From the NCBI GenBank assembly GCA_964035545.1, contig OZ037765.1, forward strand, positions 2,046,001 to 2,110,000: a stretch of 64,000 nucleotides of DNA. The letters are read 5' to 3'. Numbering within the stretch: position 1 is the stretch's first letter; each line of letters starts with the position of its first letter. This DNA is from Bugula neritina (Eukaryota > Animalia > Bryozoa). The notes beneath the pieces are model-generated. The model was not told where the DNA came from. It did no database searches and saw nothing but the letters and a program-made list of their open reading frames with translations. Of this stretch, positions 1 through 10,650 are shown in pieces. A program made the translations under genes and the position numbers.

Positions 1-828
1 CTGCACAAATAAAGAATGCTCTAACCCATTTCTAAATTTCCCAATACAAAATGTTGATGTAATTTTATTGAATGGCTTATTTTAAGTTTAATATTTTCGT
101 CGGGTAGCTATTCGACTCTTGTCATACATTGTTCTGTAAACAGTTGTAGCTAAATCTTTCATCAACAAAAACCTAAACTTAGATCTTAAACTCAAAATTT
201 GAACCAATAAATAAAAAAATTACTGATAGAAAGAATAGTACATTTTGCAAATAAATAAAGGTAAAACTTATAACATTAGTCCTGAATTTTTTTTAGTATA
301 GCAAAACATTAACATTCATTTGGTTTTATTGTTACTAAATTTGGAAACAATTGCTACTTTCTGTTTAGCAGAGTTATTATTCCCCCAGTGATTCCCATGT
401 AAGAGTTGTCTTCTATCTGCTTGTTAAATAATGCAGGCAATCTAAAGTGTGGAAATTGAGTAGAATAAGCACTTATCTACTGTGTATGCTGGTAATGGTA
501 ATAGCTCTATAATTGTTATTTGGATAGTGTATAATGTATAAAGCTACTTGTAAAGTGTATTAGTATCAAGGAAGGAAATTTTATTGTCGGCTGTAAGAAT
601 TAAGTAAAGAGGAACTAAACACAACACAATAAATTATACATGATCTGATGGCTTATTGTGCTTTATAATCTTAAAATTAAATATTTTTGAAATTGCATAC
701 TTAAGAATTACTGTATACTATAGATTGCTGATAAACTGATATTAATTAAAATATTGGCATAGATGTTTAACTATTTCAACACAAAATATGAAGTTTTTAG
801 TTCACGCATCTTTATAACCACATTTCAG

Positions 829-3133
829 CTGGATTGCTTCTACAGAACTGCATTCTGGGTTCCCTCCTCCGACCTCTTGACCCTACACCGAGCACCTCTA
901 CAGATGAGCTGAGTGGAAAGTTTGCTTCACAAGATCAAGGCTCAGATGAGATGGAAGATGACACAATTAAAAATAGACTTGTGAAGCCAAATACCAGGTA
1001 AGTGTAAGAAAGAAGATTAGATATTTTCATATGTTTGATTTAAGCCTTCATTCCTGAGAGACTTCTGATGGCAAGAACTTTAAGCAAGTTATATACTATG
1101 TGTAGCCATACTCAACATGGCGACTGCTTTTTGAAAAATTTTGCTGGGGATCAGGAGCAATTGCGATTAAACGCTGTTGCTGACGTCACAAATGGCAAAC
1201 TTTTGTACTCTAACCATTGCCATTTGCTATTTTTAACTTTCTTATTCTCATTTAGAAAACAGCTTTTAAATATATCAAACTATGACTATCTTTTTAATAT
1301 GTCAGTGATAAATCATTTCTTGTTGATTGTGTCCTAGACTTGAGATAAGATCGGCGTTAGAGCTAACTGATAGAACACAGTCCAATATTCAACCACACAG
1401 ACTTCATTCAAGTTCACAAGTCTACTCACAACTGCCACAGATCTCTCCGAAACCGGTGAAGAGGCCAATGTACCAAAAAGACATATTTTATAGTGGCAAT
1501 ATAACTAATATACAAGCTGACGATAATTATGAAGATAATAATTCAACTGACCATGGAATTCCTCAGGTTAAATTTGTCAACATTTAAACCATAACTAAAT
1601 GCATTTTGTACTACTTTAAAACTGTTACATGGTTTATTCTAAGTTTATTATGATCAGTAACTTTTTGTGAGCAGATAATTTTATCAGTTGTCTGCTCACC
1701 CAAAGCTTGCAGGCTGCTGCTGAATTACATGTCAAAAAAACACACCTTTGCTTGTAAAGTGTTATCACAGATCCAGAGTTGCGATCAACATGTTTTACTT
1801 GTGATGTTTTACAGAAAGTTGGGCGACGCCTCAGATGTTTGCAACTTTTCCCGAAGCCAGTAGCTGATATTCTGAGAGAAATGACGGACCCTGGGGTGTT
1901 GCGGAACAAGTCTATGCTAATGCTGTGTGCTGTCTGCGTCTTCTACCCCCTCGGCTACTATATGCCTGTGCTGTTCTCCGTCAGCAGAGCTACAAATCAC
2001 GGGGTTGATGAAGATCAGGCTGCTCTGCTAATCTCTATTCTGGGTCAGTTTATTACTGTGCTACTTGAGCAGCTGTGACAGTGTGTGTGTGTTTGTTTAA
2101 GATTTCACAAATATATTATGATAATTTAATCATTATTGTATTTACCAGGAATCTGCAATACGATTGGCCGGTTCCTGTTTGGGTTTGTCATACTGAGTCC
2201 CTACCTGTCAGCTCTACTCGTCAACAACATCTGTATGGCTATCACCGCCTTGTCAGTACTCTTGACTCCTTTCTGTGTGACATTCCCACAGATGGCTGCA
2301 GCGTCTGCTGCTTATGGCCTGTTCTCAGGTGAGTTAGACAAGTGTTTGCAAGTAAGGTAGACAAGTGTCTGCAGGTAAAGTAGCCAAGTGTCAGCAGGTA
2401 AGGTAGACAAGTGTCTGCAGGTGAGCTAGACAAGTGTCTGCATGTGAGCTAGACAAGTGTCTGCAGGTGAGCTATAAGACAAGTGTCTGCAGGTAGACTA
2501 GACTATTCTTAGATAAGCTATGTACAGTTGTAGGAATTCTAAAATGTTAGTTTAAAATACAAGCTGATTTATATTCACAATAGAATCATATTTATATGTT
2601 ATAAGAAACTAGTAATATATATACGAAAATTGTTTTTTTATTCTGAAAATATGCTATAGTTTCTATAACTAGAACTCTAAACACTGTTACTTTCGAGTAT
2701 TGCGTCATACAGAAGTGTACTGGTTGAAGTCATGTCATAGCAGCTGTATATTATTGCCATGTTTCAGCTACGTTTATGTCCCTCACACCAATCATCATCT
2801 GTGACTTTGTGGGAGTCAATAAGCTGACTAATGGCTTGGGTATAATCTACATGGTACGTGGAATCTTCTCAGCCGTAGGATCTCCAATTGGAGGTGAGAA
2901 ACTCACACGTGTATTTAGTTATTATTATTATTTAGTTATTTTACAATACCAATGCTTTGTTTGTAATTCCAAAAGTAGAGAATTTTAGTACAAAAATATC
3001 TTTTGTAGGTCAGCTATACGACTTGACAGGAAACTATGACATCACGTTTTATGTGGGCGGAGCTTGCATGCTTCTAGGATGTGCTCTTTCTCTTTTACTT
3101 CATTTAAAGTGTTTCCACTCAACATTCACGTGA
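829..3133 (+). CDS. SLC16/MCT-family MFS transporter, paralog A (5' part outside window). Exons 829-997, 1338-1566, 1815-2043, 2149-2328, 2768-2893, 3009-3133
   Basis: Phase-consistent GT-AG exons encode AGLLLQNCILGSLLRP (TM6), RPMYQKDIFYSG (loop motif shared with the other paralogs), GICNTIGR (TM8) and GSPIGGQLYDLTGNYDITFYVGG (TM11-12); stop TGA at 3131-3133. Confidence 0.92.
2326..2498 (+). repeat. 23-bp tandem array, 8 copies, each containing the splice donor (CAG|GTRAG)
   Basis: Units start at 2326, 2349, 2372, 2395, 2418, 2441, 2464 and 2490; consensus CAGGTGAGCTAGACAAGTGTCTG. Confidence 0.95.
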
Positions 3134-4654
3134 TTTGTTTTGGCATTTACAAGTTTGTATAGTGAATGGATAAAGATACTAGAAATATATATTCTGTGTA
3201 AAAACTACTATAAAATATGTACAATATATTATGCTGTTTTTATTTATGTTGCAGTAAAAAGTAATAATAATAAAATGCAACTTTGATAATATCGAATGAT
3301 TACAAAGAAGCAAAATAGAACTAATAAGTTTAGTACAAACAAATTATTTTGCAATGCTTTTAAGTAATGTTATTATCTAGTGTATTTCTTTAAACATTTT
3401 TCTAAACAATCAACAAGCTATCACAATCTTAATAATTTTAATATTTTGCTAACACGTTCAAATAGATTGGATTCACAGAATTTGTGATGAAAGTTTTATT
3501 TATAACAATTCACCGTGAAATCTTTTCTTGCTTAAGCTTGCTCTCAAAGATCTATTTCTTTATATCTACATACTTTTCTTACTAATGTATATAAGTTTCC
3601 TGCCATTTCTATAAGTCTTAGTACCAATTGCATCTATACACTGTACGCTACTTAGTAGAACTGAACAGGCAAGGTGTTTAGACCAACAATGACAAACATA
3701 AAAGCTGGCAAATGCACATTCTTGAAGCTATAATTCTCTAAAAAATGTGATAGTATTATTTTGTTTAATCTGGTTGCATTTAGGCTTTCTAAGTAGCTTC
3801 TAGTGCCTTGTTATTATAAGTGTGAAAGAGTTCTGTTACAATAACTAAAATACATTAGTTGACTTTACAAACTGGAAACATCTTACGATGCTTCTATTTT
3901 AGTTTCAACAAAAAATTGAAGAGCATCAACAAAATAGATAAAACAATGAAGTGTTGATGGTCACAAATACCAGTTTATTAATAAAACAGTATAGACAATG
4001 ACTACTCTCATTTAGTTGAGTTTAATCGATTTATTCACCGTAAATAATTGTACAAAATGGTTATTTCAAATGTGAAAATTAGAGTTTGGTGATCACATTT
4101 TTGGATTTCACGGCATTTAGAAAACTCGTGTACTTTACTGGATAGAAGAGTCTAATGAAACGAAGAGATAGGTTATGTTACTGAGGCAAAGCCCATACAT
4201 GCATGCCCTCTCTACTTCCCTAACCAAAAACTTTATGACAATAATATCTTTTTACAACAGGCAAACAAGGCCTATAAAATTGTTTCAAGTTAAGTTTTAT
4301 TTAAAAATTTCACTGATTAGCAAACATAGCAAACTTAAAAACCCAGCTGGCACAAAAATATTGAAAATAATTTGATAGGAATCTGTATTAACATGTGATG
4401 CTCGTAATACTAGAGTATGAAAATATTTTGTTCAATAAATGAAGCGCATTATGTATCATAATTTGAACAATATATAAATAATATATAGCCTACTATAGAA
4501 TTCAAGAATGGAAGGTGACAATAAAACACACTATCACAAATAGCTGCTTAATTCATTCACATAAAAATTATGAGATTTAACTTTATTGATTGCTTATATT
4601 TTTAGCCAAAAACTTTGTATATAATAGCTTGAGCTTCTTTAGCACCAGCTAACC

Positions 4655-7600
4655 CTACTTCTTATTGCTGGAGCTTTTACTTTTAAACCAATCAAGTTCA
4701 AGAAGCACAAATCCTAGAGAGGTAAACAAAATCAAACCTCCACCAACAAAGAATGCCACGTCGTATGTCCCAAAAGTGTCGTATAGTTTACCTGCAAAGA
4801 CAAAAATTGAAGCCATTTTACTGAAAACTCAGATGAATATATGGTTGACACTATTATAAAGAAAATGAGAATTCTTTTTACTTGTGTATTGACTTTTTAT
4901 ACCTGCACACGTGTATGTAGCTTCTCTTTACAATCTATACTTGTGTACATCTGTAATGTATGGTAATAGAAAGCTTACCTGCTATAGGTGGTCCCATTAT
5001 AGTTGATATGCCTCTTACAAGAGTGATGATTCCATAGGCTGTTGTGAGTTTCTCTAAGCCAATCAGATCAACTAACACAAGTGGACACAGAGCTACATGG
5101 CCACCTAAAAATTGAATTCGTAGAGCACTAAAACACAGCATGCAAGACCGAAAAATATGATAACAGAAAACAAACTGTTGGCCCAGTAAACTGCAAATAC
5201 TGAAAAGTTAGTTTTCAGATGCTGAAATAAATAAAATAATCATCTTCTATAAACAGCATAGTGTGAAACTTATAAGTTGTATTCTGAATACACTCACTGG
5301 GGAGGGGGGAGGGTTAGCTGAAAGCCCCAGAGAATATTTCAATATATTTATTTTACAATAATTCTCCCTAATCCTGAATTTTGTAATTATAATATATTTT
5401 ATTAAAACAAACTAATTATAAGCAGTTAATAGTATTTATTTAGCAATTGTGGAACAATGTGTCATCATTGGTGACATATAAACAAGTCGTAACCATACAA
5501 AACATGTATATAATACCATAATGTAAGTACAGAACACAGTATAATGTAAGTACAGTGATAACTTACCTATAAAGAACCCATAACCAAATGCAGAAACTGC
5601 CATTGCTATGTACGTCTTACAGAAAGGCATGACTACACAGGATATTCCAGCCAGAAACAGAAAGATGTTGTGAACCAGAAGAGCTCTTAGGTTTGGAATC
5701 TGAGCTATAACACAGGACAGCAGACGTCCCAGCATCGTGCTCACTCCTGAAATAATGTTTATTTTTGTGATATGAAAGCTAAACAATGTGAAGATTGTAA
5801 TAAGCCTGCCAATCCACTTATTAAGATTTGCTACATCTACTAAGTGTGAAAATTTCTGCCTCTACCAGTATTCGAGCCACAGCCCTCTGGTTTCTAAGCT
5901 AGCAATCTAACCACTACACTACAGAGGCTTATAGGAAATCCAATACTACACTACCTTATAGGCTTTAATCCCTTTATTTCAGTATCAAAGTAAAATGAAT
6001 GGCAATCCTGAAGTCAGCTCATATCTTGGATTATTATATAAGGAGCTCCGAGTTGGAGGTGAATGAGTGCAGTAGCTATTAGCTCAAGTTTGAAGGTAGG
6101 AGGGGACCCAACTCTAAACTTGAGAACCCTAAACTACTGCACTCATTCACCCTCGACTCGAAGCTGCTTATATAGCAACTCTCATACCTAGTATAGAGAT
6201 GAGAAATGATGCTTTTCCACTCTCCACTCCCATATGAACAGCTCTTACGCTGGTGAAGGCAAATGGTATGAGATACGCTATCATCAGCACTAAGGCTAAG
6301 AAAGTTATGAGATTGAAGGCGGCATTCTTCAGTAGACTCAAATCCAACATGGCTACAAAGAAAGTAACTTTCTATAAACTAAAGAAAATGCTTTGTGAAT
6401 CTTAAAATTTGAACATGAATTCTAAAGTAGACTTTATACGAGTCTATAAATTTACTATTGACAAAAATTTTAGGAAGGTTATTTAGTGTCAAAAGCTTTA
6501 AACCAAAACACAGAAGAAAAAACTGCATACACCAATGTCAAGGTCATAGGAAAAACTAACCTGAAAGTGTGTCAGCTATTTGACGAGGAAGACAACTACA
6601 GGAAAATGATTTAGAGGAGGTGTGCTTAGATTTGCTGTCCATCATCACCGGGATGGATGTGATGCTAGCAACGTAGTCCTGGACGTTAGGATTCTCTTTA
6701 TACTCAGGTAAGTTTAAAACACTCCCACTGTAAAAGATGTCCTACAAAAAGACATATTTATGTAAAATTATGGAAAAGGCATTATTAAATGGTTTTGAAA
6801 CTAACATTTTTAACCATTTCTATCAGCCAGAAAATTCAACAGTTTCATGCATTGGCAAGGTATTGATAACCAACAAAACTACTGAGCAATAATTGCAACA
6901 CTAATTGCTCAGTGTAAGTGAAAAATTGGCAAAATACGCAAATAGCTATAATAGCATGATTAATGGGCTAAAACTTTCAACCTTTATAAATCTGTAATAT
7001 TTTATAATGCATTGTACTGTATTATAATATAATATAATGCATTGTACTGTATTATAATATAATATAATGCATTGTAATGTATTATAATATAATATAATAT
7101 AATGCATTGTAATGTATTATAATATAATATAATATAATGCATTGTAATGTATTATAATATAATATAATATAATGCATTGTAATGTATTATAATATAATAT
7201 AATATAATGCATTGTAATGTATTATAATATAATATAATGCATTGTAATGTATTATAATATAATATAATGCATTGTAATGTATTATAATATAATATAATGC
7301 ATTGTAATGTATTATAATATAATATAATGCATTGTAATGTATTATAATATAATATAATGCATTGTAATGTATTATAATATAATATAATGCATTGTAATGT
7401 ATTATAATATAATATAATGCATTGTAATGTATTATAATATAATATAATGCATTGTAATGTATTATAATATAATATAATGCATTGTAATGTATTATAATAT
7501 AATATAATGCATTGTAATGTATTATAATATAATATAATGCATTGTAATGTATGATAGTCCAGTGCGATACAGTATCATAAAAGACTCACCTTTTTGTACC

Positions 7601-10600
7601 CCTCCCCCCCCCCCCCCCCGAGATAGAATAAAGGACACACCTTCTACTAGATAGAATAAAGGACACACCTTCTACTAGATAGAATAAAGGACACACCTTC
7701 TTGTACATTGGTCTCTTCAGATCTTCTGCCTCCTCTACAGTCAAAGTTGTGACAGTCTTTTGACCGGAGAGTCTGTTGGTGCTGTGATACACATTTATAC
7801 TTCCTACATTCAGTCTACTTCCTAGTGCACCTGTCCTCATGTTCGGCTGGCTACTCAAACCTGTGGAAAGATCGAAGCGAAAATTTGTCAGTCACATCAT
7901 GGATAAACATTTCTAGGTTCCCTAGCATACATTGTTTAGAAACAGACAAACTTTTGCATCAGATTTAATGATGAGAAATTTTCTAGCTCAAATTAACTCT
8001 TACAGTTAACTTTTAGCCTGTATTATACTTGAAAATTTTTTATCCTGTTAAATTATGAACTTTGAAGAAAAAAAGACAGAAATAAATATGAAAATATTGC
8101 TTGACATAAACATTTTAGGTTTTAAGGTTGAGTTATCCAAACTTTTCCTGGTTTATGCAGTTTGAAAGACATTGTTTCACTAAATTTTGTGGACTTAAAA
8201 CTTACTGGTTTTTAAATCAGAGAGTTTAGCTGCCCCATTTGAGTGGCCATTAGTTTTATCAGCTGATTTGACTATCAATTGCTTGTTTTTCTTTGCCAGC
8301 CTCTTTTCCAACTTTACTTTTCTTTCGTGTTCAGTTTGCTGTGGACGGATCAAAGCAGCAAAAACTGCTCCGTTTAGAATAATTCCAGCTACAACAATGA
8401 AATGTGACAATTCATATAATATATCCGATATTATGTTATATAATAAAATATACTGTAGGCTATAAAATATTGCATAATGATTTTATAAAATATAATACAT
8501 AACATATAATTATGTAGCAAAATTACATAACAACTATTACACTATGTAATATATTATATTATATATTATCTTAGTTGCTAACTCAACCCACCAATAATAT
8601 AATGGGCTCCTTTCCAGTCCATATTATCCAATAAGAACTTTCCGGTAGGTCCAAAAACAAATGTTCCAACTCCTGTACCGCACATGCCCAAACCTACCGC
8701 TAGGGGGCGCTTCTTCTCAAAATATAGAGACACGCTGATTACTGCTGGCATGTACATTAGCCCAAAACCAATGCCTGTAATGAGTATGATCATAGACATC
8801 AAGAAGTTGTCTTCTCTTTTAGGTACAAAATTAACAGTCACCATGATAATATGTTAACACACTTCAAGAAGTTGTCTTCTTTATTAAACATTATTTAAAA
8901 TTTTCTTTTTTACATTATAATAAAGCTGTTACTGGTTGAAAAGCACATGCAAAATAAAAAAAATCTTTTTCAAGAAAGTCTACTATTTCATGCAGTGTGT
9001 CCCACTGTGCATCTGTTTAGCTTATGTAAATATTGGCTACAAGTATATCATCACTGCATAGCAAAACTAGTGTGTTCATTATCATCATTGCCATTTAATC
9101 TTGCTATATAAAACTACATGTATTTAGATATAACTTGTTTTTCCAAATTCAAACAGTCAAGTACATTGTTGTGGTGTGACCTTTATAGTGTAATGGTTAA
9201 TATACTAACTTGCAAGCCGAAGGTCTTCGGTTCAAATCCCAGTGGGGGCATGCATTTTAATAATTAACACTATATTGTGAGACCCTGCAAACACACCTGG
9301 AGACACTAGTGATAGAATGTGTGAGACCCTCACCTCCAAATACTCCAAACAAGACTATCATAGTCAGAATAGAGTTGGAGAAAGTACACACCACAAAGTG
9401 AATGGACATATTGTGAGACCCTGCAAACACACCTGGAGACACTAGTGATAGAATGTGTGAGACACTCACCTCCAAACACTCCAAACAAGACTATCATAGT
9501 CAGAATAGAGTTAGAGAAAGTACACACCACAAAGGATATGGCTGCCAATATTGAACCAGAAATGCCCACAGGACGGCATCCAAACTTGTTTATCAGAGCA
9601 CTTCCAACTGGAGCTAGAATATGATAATCACAAAATCAGAAAACCTCCTTGTAAGAACTTATAAATATTCAATCTAAAAGTTGTCACAGTTTCCAATGTT
9701 CGTACCAAACATAATCATATTGGATCCATTTAGCGATTGAAATATAATTATAAAATAATCAATTACATTTCAAATCATTGATCTCTTCAAAATATTTCTA
9801 TAAAATCGATTCTTTACTTGGATAACCATAAGTGCTAATAGCTGAAAACTGTGCAAGTGGAATCACTTTTTCTAGTGTCTATAGTCTTACAAGATTTTCT
9901 TATTAAAATTTGCACAAGTTTTCCAACAAAACATGCACAATCACTTGCTTTCTGAAGGTATAGTAAAACCTTATCATATTTTTCTTTGATGCAAGATGCG
10001 AAAATAAATTTTGCCTAATTTTCATATTTTGTACATTTTTATTTTTCTACTTTACAATAGACATTTTTACTAAATATATGCAAATACTATGCTGTTTATA
10101 ATCATCAAACCTCAGATTTCCCTATACAAAAAGTACTGAATGGAAAACTTTCAAATAAATGATTTTTTACATCTGATTGTGCTGTTAAAGTAAAGCCTAA
10201 AAAATCTTAAAGTATTAAATTATCCAGAGTTGTTTAAAGAATATTTTGAGTACTTTGTCATGAACACAGTTCCAAGGATATCTTCTTATAGCCTAACCTA
10301 CATGACATCAACAGTATGATGGAGAGCATACCTGAGAGCATGTAACATCCAACTAGAGTAGACATCAGTGCACTGGTGGTCGCAGCAGAACTCTCAAAGT
10401 AGTTAGAATACTCCAACATGAAGGACCCAAAAGCATAGCAAATTCCATCAAGTATAAAGTGATTCATAAATGAGGCTAGCACTATCACCCACCCCCACCC
10501 ACCATCAGGTGGGGTAACAATAAACTCATTTATGTCTGCATTTATAGTAGATTCTGTTGGTTCATCTGCTTTTGTCTTCTCTGACTCATCAATTTGACTG

Positions 10601-10650
10601 AGAGGCACGAGCTCTGACTCAGTGCCACCATTACTCATACTATTTGTCAT
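4655..10650 (-). CDS. SLC16/MCT-family transporter, paralog B, about 593 aa. Exons 10650-10332, 9613-9470, 8774-8592, 8388-8206, 7860-7697, 6741-6561, 6352-6188, 5746-5567, 5104-4979, 4791-4655
   Basis: SLC16 signature PPDGGWGWVIV, plus YFEKKRPLAVGLGMCGTGVG, LIRP, RPMYKKDIFYSGS and GPPIAGKLYDTFGTYDVAF; all ten exons are GT-AG and in phase (1782 nt). Confidence 0.93.
5857..5950 (-). mobile_element. tRNA-derived short interspersed element (degenerate copy)
   Basis: Minus strand TGTAGTATTGG...CCTCTGTAGTGTAGTGGTTAG (A box)...GGCTCGAATACT (B box-like)...GAGGCA; aligns with the copy at 19741-19835. Confidence 0.6.
6035..6174. mobile_element. MITE-like foldback element, 140 bp, with about 41-bp terminal inverted repeats and TATATA ends
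   Basis: Left arm TATATAAGGAGCTCCGAGTTGGAGGTGAATGAGTGCAGTAG versus reverse complement of right arm TATATAAGCAGCTTCGAGTCGAGGGTGAATGAGTGCAGTAG; inner CTCAAGTTT/AAACTTGAG also pairs. Confidence 0.75.
7005..7552. repeat. AT-rich minisatellite, 30-35 bp unit, about 17 copies
   Basis: (ATAATGCATTGTAATGTATTATAATATAAT)n within intron 5 of paralog B. Confidence 0.97.
7585..7700 (-). repeat. 28-bp donor-containing array (3 copies), a poly-G run and a distal copy of the exon end
   Basis: Minus strand AGAAG|GTGTGTCCTTTATTCTATCTAGT repeated, then a G-run, then GTACAAAAAG|GTGAGT. Confidence 0.92.
9178..9250 (+). mobile_element. tRNA-derived short interspersed element (degenerate copy)
   Basis: TAGTGTAATGGTTAA...GGTTCAAATCCCAGTGGGGGCA; the 3' 22 nt are identical to the copy at 19764-19835. 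Confidence 0.7.
9272..9534 (-). repeat. 136-bp tandem duplication spanning the 3' end of exon 2 and its donor in paralog B
   Basis: Copies start at 9272 and 9408; the intronic copy re-encodes FVVCTFSNSILTMIVLFGVFGG followed by G|GTGAGG. Confidence 0.95.
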
